Shown in pieces: positions 22,501 through 35,228 of a stretch of 64,000 nucleotides of DNA. Under the pieces are notes generated by a model. That model was given only the letters and a program-made list of their open reading frames with translations, ran no database searches and was not told the DNA's origin. Numbering within the stretch: position 1 is the first letter of the stretch; every line of letters begins with the position of its first letter. The stretch is from Paraspadella gotoi (lineage: Eukaryota > Animalia > Chaetognatha): the NCBI GenBank assembly GCA_051294375.1, contig JBJCIZ010000028.1:675623-739622 (forward strand). The letters run 5' to 3'. A program made the position numbers and the translations under genes.

Positions 22501-23692
22501 AAGGGATGCTCAGCGCGCGCGGGGCAGCCGAATCTGGCGCCGCTCCGCGTAGCGCCGGAACGACGACCGCCTCCGCCGCCTGCGGCCGCGCTGCCCGGTG
22601 TCGGCGAAGTAGCCCGTCGGCGGGGGTTGGGTCAGGCAGACGGTGGCGAAGAGGCGGACGACGCCCGACATCGAGAGAGGAAATCGTCTTGTTTCTCGAA
22701 TCGATCGTCGATGACTTGTAGCCGAGGGATTGGAGGTGGCCTGGTGGTGGTGGGGCGAGTGTGAGGGGGGAAAGGGAAGGTGGTAGAGAGGTAATTCATT
22801 GTCATATTTATTGGCAGAAGATTAGAGAGTAAGTAGAGAGGGATAAGAGTGAGAGAGAGAAAGAGAGAGTCATTAACTGGCTTCTCTTCACCCGCACCAT
22901 AACCAAGGTCATTGGTCAATATATAATCATTATCTAAACGATGCATAACCCATTTAAACTAAAACATGAAGCTCCTTACTCTTGTCTCGGATTGTCCCTC
23001 CTCCGTCTCGCGCGCGGGTAATGCGGCACCGTGAAATACGCAAGGCACCGTGGAACCGCGCCAGCAGCAGCCGACCGAAGGCGTCGCTGCTGGGTCCAGA
23101 GCGCCACCGCCACAGCAGCGACAGGAAACGCTCGTGCCTCTTGTTGAGGCGACGACTTCGCTACTCTAGACAAATTATTTTTAAACAAATCGTTAAAATA
23201 TTAATTAAATTTAACTTTTAGATAGTATTTATTTTACCTGCAAGACGATCTTTCTTTCGCCGTGAGATCCGTGACGAAGGCCTTGGCCTCGGGATGATCC
23301 GCGACGGAGACGACGGCGTCCTCCGGCTCCGGCGTCAGACGCGTCGACCTTCGTGGAGAGTCGACCAGTTTGCGAAAGTACAGTCACACGATTTATTGGA
23401 TCGAGGGTACAGTGGGCATCTTATCTGCGGGCGGTGGTCGGATTTTATATCTTGTTCAAATTTGCAAGCATATTGAGAAAAAAAACGCGTCTACACGAAA
23501 CAATTCACCAAAGTCATCGTCGTCCTCATCAAGTCCTACTTGCCCCGGATCGAGGCCGTGACCCTCGAGGGCCGCGCCGGACCCGTCACCCGGCTCAAGG
23601 AGTTCCTCCAGACGTCCGTCCTGCGCGGCGGCGTCGATCCGCCCGAGGGACAGCTGCCCGATCGATTCTGGAGCCCGGCGATGCAGAGATGA
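16586..23692 (+). CDS. GLE1: mRNA export factor GLE1; exons ~16586-17098, 18022-18143, 18236-~19060, ~21154-21323, 21395-21570, ~21810-22137, last exon ending 23692 (locus mis-assembled)
   Basis: N-terminal LSALRKTNMGRLTY and a central coiled coil. The C-terminal motifs AFPVAAVAVALW, LGYKVIDDRFEKQDDFLSRMSGVVRLFA, HPFGLPAAWNWL and YLPRIEAVTLEGRAGPVTRLKEFL match recalled GLE1. Confidence 0.9.
17180..17980. repeat. Intronic minisatellite, ~60 bp x ~13
   Basis: Unit (ga)n-taaacgtcggcggaatcaattgaccatcctccacaagccaaa. Confidence 0.92.
19290..20422 (-). repeat. Noisy inverted copy of ~25930-27000 (zinc-finger exon 3 and COX8 start); likely assembly artefact
   Basis: Reverse complement of the zinc-finger exon (PGCARAF-TQRNLTYH) and the COX8 5' end with many indels. 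It ends at an N gap and interrupts GLE1. Confidence 0.8.
20666..20709 (+). pseudogene. 3' fragment of tRNA-Leu including CCA (not a complete tRNA gene)
   Basis: cagtctcctcggaggcgtgggttcgaatcccaccgctgcca+cca gives the variable arm, T arm, acceptor 3' strand and CCA. The 5' half and anticodon are absent. Confidence 0.8.
22205..23488 (-). repeat. Inverted duplicate of GLE1 3' exons; likely assembly artefact
   Basis: Reverse complement of ~21110-22170 plus the next intron and the start of the last exon (ATLLYEFL). It starts at an N gap, and the last exon resumes on + at ~23489. Confidence 0.85.
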
Positions 23693-24400
23693 AAATTGGG
23701 ATGGGGAAAAACCACGTTGATATTTTTTTTGGGGGGAAGATTCGATTAATTTCACGTCTTAACTATTTGAGAGTTTTATGAATATTTTTACGATAATTGT
23801 TGTTTAGTAAAATTCGAGAGAAAATGATTGATGAAACGTGTTGTAAAAAAAAAAAATCCGTGGGTCATTTTTTTTAAAAACTCACTTTTTTACGATTGTT
23901 GACTTTCTCAATAAAGCACCACTGTTAGTAACAGGGAATTTCCTTTTTACCTTTCCCTCTCGCGTGCTTATTTAAATCTCTGACTTTTGTTTTCCCTTCG
24001 ATCGATGGACGCGTCCACTCGATCGGGGAAGAAATAACAGAGGGCGCGGCGGTTCCGAGTAAACAATACAGACCTTTTCACGCGTCCCATAAAAAAAACC
24101 CAGATTTTATTCGATTGTGATAAAGAATCGATCAGCGTTTAAATATATGTTGAAAACGATGAATACAATCTCCTGTTAATTTGTTGAACTTTTTCGATCT
24201 CTCCTCTTTTCTAGCAAGAGAAAATATACGAGTGAGAAGCAACATTATTTTTTTTTCTAATATTATCCAAATTTCGCGATGAAGCAAAACGATTCTTGTT
24301 TTGAGTGGAAAATTTAAAAAAAAAACGAAACAAAAATGATTTAAAATGAAATAAAATCACTTCTTCCGCCGAAAGTCGAGGGACATAATCCAAAAAAACC

Positions 24401-27400
24401 ATGAAAAAAGAAAGTCCTTTCGCCCTGGAGCTGGAGGACATCTTCCTCCAAGTACAGCAACTCCTTCATCGAGGATCGAGGAGCGACTGGACGTCGATCA
24501 AGGACGAGACGCGACAACGTGTCGTCATCCTCCGCCGATCGGATGAAGAGGATGAGCGTCTTTGTGAAGAAGACGTTAAACTCTGTGGGGTAAAACAGGA
24601 AGGGGACGTAGACTTGTCGCCTTGTCGGTCTCTCTTGTCGGCAGCTCGCCCCGTCGTCGTCTTGAATCGAGTTTTCGTTGAGCCGAGGATGAAATTGGAA
24701 CCGAAGGAAGAGACGAGCGGATCGAGGAAAGGTAATGTTCACGACGACGATCTCGAAGAGGGCTACGGCGACGACGATAACGACGAAAAAGACGACGAAA
24801 ACGACACCGGCGCTGATAGCGATTTCGTTTGCGAAGAGCAAGAATACTACAACGACGACGACGACGCTCCTCTTTCCAAATCCAAACCCGCCAAAAACCG
24901 CAACCGTCGTCCCGCCAAACTCTCCAGCCTCCGAAAACGGGGTCGCCCTCCAATCCTCCGCCCCCACAACCTTTCGCCGGCCGAGATCGCGGCCAAGATG
25001 CGGGAGATCTCCCTCGATCCCTCGACGGGCTCCTGGAGATGCCCCCACGAGGGCTGCGGATCTCTCTCGGCGTCGCGAAAGGCCGCCCTGAGCCATTTTA
25101 AGGCGTTCCACTGCGGACGGTTTCACAGGTGTCGTTATTGTCCGCGCGCGATGGTCAGCAAGGCAATGGTCCTTCAACACGAGGACTTTGCGCATCCAGA
25201 GTCCGTTCCGGTGGACGCCCCGTTTTTTTGCGAACACTGCGGACAAAGGTGCGTCGTTGAATTTGTTAGCGGGGATGGAGACGGGAATGATGTGTATTTT
25301 TAGTTATAAAGTTAAATTTAAATTGATTTTATCCAAAACTTGATCGTAATCACCAAACATTCGAATCTTTTTATATAATTCGAATTTTGAGATGGTCATA
25401 AACCTGTTGTTGGGACGACGACACTCATTAATAAAATTTTTATAATTCACCAAGTCACAATTCGTTTCTCCTTCCCAGGTTCCGAAGCAACTTTAACCTC
25501 TCGACTCACAAGCGAAAAGTTCACAGCCTCGGCTCACCGTCGTCGTCGTCTTTTCCCGGACTCTTGTGCAAGGAATGTCCCTTCGCCGCCCGGTCGGCGC
25601 CAAACGCGGAGGGCCTCTCGATGAAGAAGCTTCTCCATCGCCACTACGAGGAGTGCCATCCGGACGCCATGGTCGCCTGCTTGGCGGAGGGCTGTTCGAA
25701 AAGATTCCATGTCGCCCGGCTCATGCAGGTTGGGGGGAGGAATATACATTCACCGAGCTCGATCGCATACATTTGCTGAACATTGAGCGTTAATATTTAA
25801 ATCTCATTTGCATATAGTAGTCATATTTAAGTTTAGAAGACTAATGTAACGAATCTTCTAATTCGGAATGACTAATTGAATATAAAATTAATCCATAGCT
25901 TATATTAATATTTTCTTTTATCGTTTGCTGTGATAATTTGGCTCGTCTCGTTTTATTGCGGGTCTGAAACGCATCGAGTTGTATTAGTTTTTCAATTGCT
26001 TTCCTATCTTTAATAATGTAATTTAGTTTATTAGTTAACGATTAAAAGGTATGATTTAAAAAAAAAAGATACACCCATATGTTCTCCTTTTGAAAATAAA
26101 TCGAACGCTCCTCTCCTTCCCCCCCCCTCACTTCCCCGAAGGAACACTACAAAAAGGACCACCTCGGCGAACGCATCTCCTGCGCCTTTTGCTCAAAGGA
26201 ATACGTCAACCGTCCCGCCTACACCGTCCACTTGGACCGGGACCACTCGCAGCAGCAGGGCAAGCCGCTCCGCTTCGTCTGCTCCATACCCGGCTGCGCC
26301 CGCGCCTTCTCGACGCAGCGGAACCTCACCTATCACAAGAACAACAACCACCGGAAGCCGGAGAAGCGACGGGAGTGCGAGGAATGCGGGAAGTCGGTTC
26401 TCTCTCTCAGTCAGCACCGCTACGTCGCTCATTCCAGGTGAGAGAAGAATTAAGGGGAGAGGGGGGGTAAGTGGGTGAGGTTTTTTCAATCGGATTTGCT
26501 AACGTCGGTTTGTCATCGTCGTTCGATAAATGGGACGAAACTGGATCTTGTCAATATTCAATTTATTCATTATTAAAAAAAAAAAAAAACTTGATTAATA
26601 AAAATAACGGCGTGGAAATATTGACGATGGAAATTGAAAAAAGTCTGTGTGGAAAAAAAAAAGTGACTCACTGCGTCGCTTCGCCAAAACCCATGGAATT
26701 TTTCGAATTTTTTCGAAAAACAAACAAACAAAACAAATAAATGTTTATCTTATTTGACGCCTTATTCAATTTTTTGATGGCCACTTGTTAACGATCTGTC
26801 TTTCGATATCCTTTCTTCATTGGGGTTTTTTTACTCTCAATCTGCCTTTTCTTTTTACCTAGAAATTCATTGTAGCCCCCCCAAAAAATATATTAAAAAT
26901 GTCGGTTGGATTTGCGACGAAAGCGGCTTCCCTCTTCCGCCCGGCGACGCGACTCGCCCTTCAGCCGATCAGGCGTTACCAGATCAACACCCCGCCGCGT
27001 TACAAGTTGAACCAGACGGAGAAGATCATCGGCGGGGTCGCTCTCTTCGTCGGCATGTTCTTTCCCGCCGGATACATCATGACCCATCTGGATTGTTACC
27101 GAGGCGGAGAGGTGGAGGAATGAGGGACGGCGGAGGGAGAGAGAGGGAGAGACTCCTTAAATATTTATAAAACTGAAGAGGAGGTTTTTGAGTGGATTTT
27201 GTCGCGCATTATCGTCCGATTGGAGAGAGGAGAGAGAGAGAGAGAAAAAGACGATGGATCGTTTCAAAGGTGCGATTTTCTTTATTAAGTTTGAATATTT
27301 TGATAAATTTTTACAGATATTTTTTTTTCTTTCTCTTTGTCCAGCATCTACGATTTTCCGGTGAACTGGGGGAAAAACCTTCTTCGAAGAAAAATTCGTT

Positions 27401-28360
27401 TGTTTTTGTGTCATTTTTGGACTAAAAATTTCACGATTTGTTTTCGCTCGAATTTTGGATAGAAAAAAAAACTTGTTTTCGTGCTAATTGACGGTATTCT
27501 ATTTTAATGAGATGCATCGTCTTTCTCTCTCTCTTTACAGATTAAAAAATATATTAAGACACGAACGTAACCAGAGCAAAAACATTTTTTTTAAATTGTT
27601 TGCTCGTGTGAATCATTAAATTAACCATGGATCACAAAAAGCATATTACCGTCTCATCAGAATAATTAAATGTGTGATTAAGATATTATGATGATTAAAT
27701 TATTAAGAAATAATTAAACCAAAAAACAAACATATTCATTTGCCACGGTAAAAAAAAAAAAGATTGGACTTTAAAGGCAATAAAGTTATCAATACTTGAT
27801 CAAAATACGACAAATGATATTGATTATTGATGAACCGAATAATAATAATAATACTAAAAAACCCATTAGTTGCATCCGTTACACTCTCGCCATTAACTCA
27901 TCTTTCCAGACAAGCTCCGGTCTCCTGCTCCCATTGCGACTCCGTCTACACCAACGACGTCTCCCTCCGGCGTCACGTGATCCGTCGACATCCGGAAACT
28001 CTCGGCCTCCCGCCGGAAACCCGCGTCCCTTGCGATCGATGCGGAAAAATCCTGGGCTCCAAAAACACTCTCGCCCGTCACGTGGCCAACGTCCACGGAG
28101 GCCGTCGTTTCAAGTGCGATTCTTGCGAGAAACAGTACGTGTCGCAGGCCGATCTCAAGTCGCACGTCCTCGCCGCGCACGAAGGGATCAAGGTGCACTG
28201 TCGCGTGTGCACGTGGTCGTTTGCGCGCGCGTCGGATCGGAATCGTCACGAGAAGAAGGCGCACGGAGGCGTAGCTGGGGTGGGGGGGCGGGGGGAAGGC
28301 GGGAATGAGAAAGGGGGTTTGAGAGAAGGGGTAGTTGGAGGGAGGGGAGGGGGATGGTAA
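24401..28360 (+). CDS. Multi-C2H2 zinc-finger protein; exons ~24401-25248, 25479-25728, 26142-26437, 27910-28360
   Basis: Acidic linker followed by a dozen or so CxxC...HxxxxH fingers (for example CDRCGKILGSKNTLARHVANVH, CDSCEKQYVSQADLKSHVLAAH). GT-AG junctions present; the start codon is uncertain. Confidence 0.85.
26899..27123 (+). CDS. COX8: Cytochrome c oxidase subunit 8 (intronless)
   Basis: 74 aa with a basic presequence-like N-terminus, PP motif, one TM segment and PAGYIMTHLDCYR, similar to recalled COX8 PAGWILSHLETYR. Confidence 0.85.
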   Translation: MSVGFATKAASLFRPATRLALQPIRRYQINTPPRYKLNQTEKIIGGVALFVGMFFPAGYIMTHLDCYRGGEVEE

Positions 28361-28419
28361 AGGGGATGAGGCGAGAAGGGGGGATAGGTGACCCCTTTAC
28401 CCAAATCTACTCTGGATAG

Positions 28420-28625
28420 ACATATTCTTATATAACCCTATTCTTATACAAAACTGATCTGACAAAATTAGACCTATTCTTATATAACCCTATTCTTATA
28501 CAAAACTGATCTGACAAAATTAGACCTATTCTTATATTGTAAGAGATGATTATTTAATATATCTGGCAACAGAGCCCCCCTTATAATATAACCCTATTCT
28601 TATACAAAACTGATCTGACAAAATT
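28420..28625. repeat. Tandem ~51 bp repeat, ~3 copies
   Basis: Repeated tataaccctattcttatacaaaactgatctgacaaaatt. Confidence 0.8.
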
Positions 28626-28965
28626 CATGGGGTCCATCTATGTTGGACTGCCGAAAATAGTTTCGCTATAGTTTCTTGTTCGTACCGTTGATTTTGATAT
28701 TGAGAAACTAAGCCTCTTGGTCCCTTGGAAGATTTTTCGGTCCTGATATTTAATTTTATTTTGTTTTTAGTTTTATTACATTTCATTTTTTGGAGGTCGT
28801 CGTTGCTTACGACTCTGTGATACGAATTTTTTCTTTGACTTTTTGTTGACTTTTTCGTTGCACATAATCATTTCGTTCTTTTTGACAATCATGTTTTTTT
28901 TACACGTACATCAATTTTATTTCATTTAAATTAGTTTAAAAAAAAAAAAAAAACGCGCAACAAAA

Positions 28966-30575
28966 ATGCGTAAACTCAAGCATCACGAGCGAAAACTTCT
29001 CAAGAAAAGTCGACTTCATCTCTTGGAAAGCGGACGACAATCTGAAGGAGGTGAAAGTCCTCCGTCGTATCGCGTCCAAAAGCCGGGAACACTACGCCAA
29101 GTACCTGCAAACTCTCTTCCGGCATCCACGATCTGCTCAAGAGCCTCCTCGCTCTTCAGCCAAAGATCCTTTCAGGATCAGAGCCTCCGCGCAGTTTCTG
29201 GACAAGCTCTACGGCATGGGGCTCATTCCGGACAAGTCCAGGCGAGTTTGTTGGTTTAGATGTAAAAGGAAGGAGACTCATTTAGTTTGATTTTTCAATG
29301 TGAACACAGATACTAGGAAAGTCGAATTTGAATGTTAAAAACAGTTAGCTTAACTAATGACTAACCGAAAGAATCTTCATCTTTTCCTCCTACTCTCTCT
29401 CTCTCTCTCTCTCTCCTCTCTCTGCTGCTTTCTCTCTCTGTGTGTTTTAGTATTGGCCCATCAGCATTAATAGACAAAAGGACCCATAAGACGTACTCGA
29501 TACTGTCCAGGGTCAAGTGTAATCATTTCTATTTCTCTCTCTCTTCTCACACACACAGTTTGCAAGCCATCGTTCAAAAAGTTGGACCCATCTCCTTCTG
29601 CCGTCGACGCCTTCCGGTAATGATGCGGAGGATCGGGATGGTCGAACGCCTCGTCGACGCCGTCAAGTTCGTCGAGCAAGGTTAGTATGATGATGACGAT
29701 AACCTTGATGCTGTTAAAAATGAAGATGATGGCCATGACCACATTGACGAACTCTTATAACGGATGATATCAGCAATAAATCTCGAAGTGACAGTTTTAC
29801 AAGAGTTTATTTGTATGAAATAACAGTAGGCAAAATCTAGAGAATATTTATCCAGCTCTTTCTTTTGTGAGCGCAAGAAACAATCTGATAAGAAGATTCT
29901 CAGCAAGCCTCTAACCCTACAATTGTTATTCCCTCTCTAACCCCACCAAGTCCCCGGGCCGTATCTTATTGGCCCACAATGAAACTCCCCAATCCTTTTC
30001 TTGGTTGTGATTGGCCCGTGGCCTTCTTGGGGAAGTCTCTTTGTTCGGTCATTGGTACCTTGGTAAGTGAAGCCTCGTTGGGCTGCATCTCCTGCCGCGG
30101 CTGCTGATGGCGGGCTCTCCTGCTCCATGGTGCTGAGGGCGAGGGGAGGAAATCTGCAGCTTTTACGGTCCTATTCGTTGATGACCAATTGCAGATACCA
30201 CTTCCAACTCCATTAAGACTTTGACCATGATGATAACATGGATGATGACAATGATGATGAACAATGGTTTATTTGGTCATTGTTCATGCTGATAATGATG
30301 ATGAATATGATAATGACCTTGATCATTGCAGAAACCACTTCCATGATAATAATGACAAGGCAACGTTAATAACCGAGACAATTTTCATGGTGTCGCTTAC
30401 TCTTTCCCCTTCTCTTTCCGCAGGTCACGTCCGCGTAGGGACGACCCTCGTCACCGACCCCGCCTACCTCGTGACGCGTAACATGGAAGACTTCATCACT
30501 TGGACTCATTCCTCCGCCATTCGAAAACACGTCATGCAATACAACGAAGCGAGAGACGATTTCGACACCTTGTGA
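28966..30575 (+). CDS. IMP3: U3 snoRNP protein IMP3; exons 28966-29241, 29559-29680, 30424-30575 (indel errors in exon 1)
   Basis: [65 protein letters not shown] and YNEARDDFD match recalled IMP3. Confidence 0.95.
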
Positions 30576-30978
30576 CGTTTCCGGGGTTGGCGTTATTGCG
30601 TCGTGATCCGAATCGGTTCGGAATCAAAAGTGGCGGCTTGTGATCGTTTAGAAAGAGGCCACTCTATGTATCCCGCATGATTTGGGGTCGTGACGGAATT
30701 ATTGTTGACTTTTATTTTATTTTTTTTTTTAAAGCGCAGTTTTAAAAATACTTGAAACTTTTAGAAAGATAGCGTGTAGTGGTCTCAATCATTGCAACGG
30801 AGCGACGCGATCTTTAAAATACAGTTAATACTTAAGTCTGTTACTTTTTTGTTATTTATTGCCTTTGTTAATTCGTTTCAGGCTAAAAAATAATGTGCAT
30901 TTAAGGGGAAATTTCTTTTTTCATTCTAAAAAAAAACTATTAACGCCAAAACCAAAAACAAAACAAAAAAATCCCGAA

Positions 30979-32910
30979 ATGGCGACGCCTCCCTCCATTA
31001 AATGGACCCCTTTGAAGCTAATGCACATGGAATACCCAGAGGGCGACCAGTTGGGCCACGTGCTGGCATGGTGCTCCATGCTGCCATTCTTCATCTTCGC
31101 CGGGATGTTGACCTTGGTGCTGTTTCGCCGAGACCTCCACACCATTTGCTTCACCGGAGGTCAGCTCGCCAACGAGGCCTTCAACCTTCTTCTCAAAAGG
31201 ATCATCAAACAGCCGAGACCCGACGTGCGACACACCGTGCATTTAGGTCGGTAGATGGATAATTATTTATTATTTATTAATATTATTATTATTCTGTTAT
31301 TATTATATTATTTGTTAACTTGTCGGATTCGTCGCATTCGTGGTTAAAATAATTCCGGGTTAAATTTTACTTTCGCCGACCGGGGTTTTTTGGCGTCTTT
31401 TGAAAAACCACTTAAAAATTTTTATTTTATTTTTTTTAAAATTTATTATTTAATAATTTTAACCCTAACTACCCCTAACCTTAAACTTCCCCCAAAACCA
31501 CCCTTAGCCCTAAACTCCCCCGTAACTCCGGTCGGCGAAAGTAAAATTAACCCGAATTGGGCTTCAAATGTTTTTATAAAAGATAACAATTTTCGAATTT
31601 TTTTTTTTCATAAACTGCAGTCGTTGATGAAATAAAAAAAAAAGTTTCAAAACTCTGCTAAGAATTGGATGTATATTTCAGATCGGAAATGTAATACAAA
31701 TAATTAACTAACGATAACTAATAAAAAAAATTTAATCTGTGCCAGAATTAGAATTTTTTTTTTTTCAATTCGATTTGATATTTAATAATAATTAGTCTGT
31801 TTTTTTTTTTCCTCCAATTTTCCCCCTCTCAATCTCCCCCATCTCCCCCCTTTCCCCCTCCAGTGGAGCACGGCATGCCGTCTTCCCATTCTCAATTCGT
31901 CTGGTTCTTCTCCATCTACTTCCTCCTCTTCGTCGTCTTCCGCGTCGTCGAGGATTCGAGATGGTGGAAGCCGGCCGTCGGCGCCGTCGCCGTCGTCGCC
32001 GCCGTCGTCGTCTCCTACTCGCGGATCTACCTCGACTACCACACGCCCGCGCAAGGTCGGTGGGGGAGATCGGGGAATTACCAGCGAGCGATGTCGTAAC
32101 GCGGATTGCGGAGCAATAGACTTTGATTCCTTTGATTATTGGGAATTGATTGATTGTTTATTATTGGGAATGATTGATTATTGGGAATGATTGATTGATT
32201 GTTTATTATTGGGAATGATTGATTGATTGTTGATTATTGGGAATTGATTGATTGTTGATTATTGGGAATGATTGATTGTTGATTATTGGGAATTGATTGA
32301 TTGATTGATTATTTGGCGAATTTATTTGTATTGTGGGTCGATTGAACCTAACATTAGCGTTAGGGAAAAGTTTTTGAAAAAAGCCATAAGTGACTTAATT
32401 CATTTTTATTCCTTATTCACCGATAAATTATTTCTTGTAACCAAGTCATAGGAGCGTTAGTTAAGCTCACCTAACATTTCTCAATTCTCATTGCCCAATC
32501 AATAAACTATATTAGGTTCGAATTATGTTACGTTTAATGTATCTCTTTGACTTTATTCCCTCGACTGTATTTTTACTTTTCATTTTTTCTTTTGATTTAA
32601 CCCCCCTAACTCCCATTTACTCCCCTCCCCCCATTTCCTTCCCCCCCCCTTCCCTTCCCCAAATCCCTCTCCACCCATCTCCAGTCTTTGCCGGTTCTTT
32701 AATCGGCGCCGCCTTCGCCGTCCTCTTCTTCGTCTTCGTCCAACGAATCCTGACTCCCTCTTCCCCATCGTCGCCGCTTCGCCTCTCGCCGAGTTCTTCC
32801 TCCTTCGAGACACGACGCTCATCCCCAACCTCTTGGCCTTCGAATACGCCACTTCCCGGGCCGAGGCGAGGAAGCGCGCCAAGCGGGTCGAGGCTAAGAA
32901 GGGCGAGTAG
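30979..32910 (+). CDS. DOLPP1: Dolichyldiphosphatase 1 (PAP2 family); exons 30979-31246, 31864-32055, 32685-32910
   Basis: [45 protein letters not shown] and [16 protein letters not shown] match recalled DOLPP1. One apparent indel near 32758. Confidence 0.93.
31351..31558. mobile_element. MITE-like element (~205 bp, ~35 bp TIRs) in DOLPP1 intron 1
   Basis: cgggttaaattttactttcgccgaccgg at the left and ccggtcggcgaaagtaaaattaacccg at the right. Confidence 0.7.
32120..32312. repeat. (ATTG)n-based minisatellite
   Basis: Repeated tgattattgggaatgattgattg. Confidence 0.85.
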
Positions 32911-33831
32911 TGACTCCCGAGGAGCGACCTTCCTGCAAAGCGCTCCAAAACTCCGCCGCTACGAACTCGTTACACGGTTTTTTTTTTGTTTTTTTTTTTT
33001 TTTAGTTGTGAATTTTGCGCGCGGGCGTGCGCGGTGAGTGGTGCGACTTCGTGAGAAATGTTTTTTTTTTTTAATATATATAAATCCAATTGACTTTTTT
33101 TAAAAATATTTTTATTATTATTATTATTATTTTCGCCGTTAAAGATTCGCGCGACTATTATGTCCTCGTTCGCGTTGTTTTCGTCTATCGATTTTTTTTT
33201 TGGGGGGGGGTGGATGGTTTTCTGGGGTTTTTTTTTTTCTTCTAACATTTTGTTACATATTATTAAATTGTCGATTTTTGTTAAATATCATTGAATTTTC
33301 GATTTTTGTTTTTAATTAACTTTAATTTAAAAGTAGCCGTAGGATTTCCAAGAATTGAAATTGGGGGTATTCGGATTATAAATACATATATACAGTAGCA
33401 TCCGTCTAGAATTTCTGAGACGGCAAGCTCTGTATATCGTCGTCGTCGACTTCGCTATCTTAAAAAAAAGTGTTGCGAGGCTTTAATGTTTATGAAATAT
33501 CTCGAAATGCGATATAATAATAAAGTTCGGAAACAGGTATATTTATTATTTTTTTTTTAATTTTTTGGGGGGACAAAGAAATTTGGGCCTAATTTTCAAC
33601 AAATGCCCCATTTTATCTAAAATTCGAAATTAGCTTAATTTTTTTTAATTGAAAAAAAAAATGAATAGAATATATATCAATTTATGGCTTCATACAGGAT
33701 ATTTTGCGTACTCGTCGTAAGCGGTTTTATTGGTTTGTCCTATCGTTTTTGTTGTTTGGCGGCGTTTAAAACGCGTACTTTGAATATGAGCGGATAGCTC
33801 GGAGAAAAGAGATAATCAAAAACCTCCAATT

Positions 33832-34418
33832 TTATACTAAATAAAATTTAATTGTTGTTTCAACTTCTTCTCCCATCCTCTCCAACTCCTCATCATCCTC
33901 GATCAGCACCCTCCTCAACACCATCACTCCTTCCCTCACCCTAATCTTCTCGGGCTCTCGGGAACGCCGTTCTTCCCCGATGTGATACAGGTGTTTGGGC
34001 TTCCCTCTATCACACGAGGAGTGATCTGTCTCGTAGAGGCTGATGAAAAATATAGAGAAAAAGTTAGTTTGAATTGTAAATTTTAAAAATAAAGTTTTAT
34101 AATCTTACATGGAGATTAGACCTTCTACATATAGTAAAGGTCTTGCGCGTTTGCCCGGTCGGTCTTGTTGACCGGGTGCCCCATGAAGAATGATGCCCTT
34201 AGGAGGCACCATTGAGAACGCGGCATCATGGGGCCGCACGAAAAGGGGAAATTCTTCTCCTCTTCTTCCACCACATAATTCTCCATCCTCTTAAAATCAT
34301 ACATCTCCTCAGAGATGTATGATTTAATTGAGTTTTTCACACTTTCTAGGCAAACCATGTCTGGGACATGGTTTGCCATAGCTTCCTCATGGAGTTTCTT
34401 CCAATCAATGTCACTCAT
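33832..34418 (-). CDS. ORFan family B member 1, two exons (34418-34109, 34039-33832)
   Basis: IDWKKLHEE, PDMVCLES and PMMPRSQWCLLRASFFM motifs, a GTAAG...TCAG intron, and a second exon DHSSCDRGKPKHLYHI. One base must be restored near 34137. Confidence 0.6.
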
Positions 34419-34440
34419 CTGTTAATATAAATTTTTACAT

Positions 34441-35120
34441 TCAATCAAATTCATAGAGTTGGAGAATCTCATTACAATGATCAATAAAAAAATTAAGAAA
34501 AACGCTAATGTTGATAAAACTTTTAACTACGAAATTTGAACAAGAATATTCTGGGTCTGGTCCTCCAAGAAACAAGATGTCAAAATCTTTAGCATCGTCT
34601 TTAATCCATAGTGTTGCCATTAGTCCTTTGCATAGTTTACACTCGAATTTTTGGAAGTTGGGAGATCGATTTGGGTTGAAAAGAAAATCCCTCAAGAATT
34701 TTAATCCTACAATGTTTGCCTTTAGATTTTCGACCGTCCACATGAAACTCTTGACAATTTTCATTCGATTGTCTTTTTTAACATATTTGACGTTAATGAC
34801 CGCATCCTTGTTAAAGGAAATGTCTGTATAAGACTTTCAACAAAGAGCAGAAGATTTTCTGCGTTCTTGGTGTTGCTGTTGTTTGCTGGTTGTGACATGA
34901 AGAAGCCTGCTCGGAACAGGCTCCAGTGTGAACGCGGCATCATTGGCGATTTAGAAAACTTAAAGTTTAAATTTTCTTCCTTCACCAGGTAAGATTGGAA
35001 ATCTTCACCTGTGTCAATTATACTTTTTAAGCAAACCATGTCTGGGTCATGGTTGCGACGTCATTTCCTTCTTTTTTTCTCCTCCGCCAACTCCCTCCAA
35101 TCGATATTCGACGTTGCCAT
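34441..35120 (-). CDS. ORFan family B member 2 (frameshifted)
   Basis: IDWRELAEE, PDMVCLKS and PMMPRSHWSLFRAGFFM motifs. It probably continues into 34441..34764 (ECKLCKG). Confidence 0.6.
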
Positions 35121-35228
35121 TTTTGTGTTTCTTTTTAAAAATCTAATTTGTTATACACAAGAAAATCCTTTTATACAATAGAAAGAGAAAAAAGAAAAAG
35201 AGAGAAACAGAGAGAGAGAGAGAGAGAG

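Noticed and set aside
22205-23488. Second, antisense GLE1 paralog
   Set aside because: It is near-identical apart from indels, abuts an N gap and splits an exon, so it is best explained as mis-assembly.
31460-31512. Telomere-like taaccct motifs
   Set aside because: There are few degenerate copies, inside a MITE-like element, and no true array.
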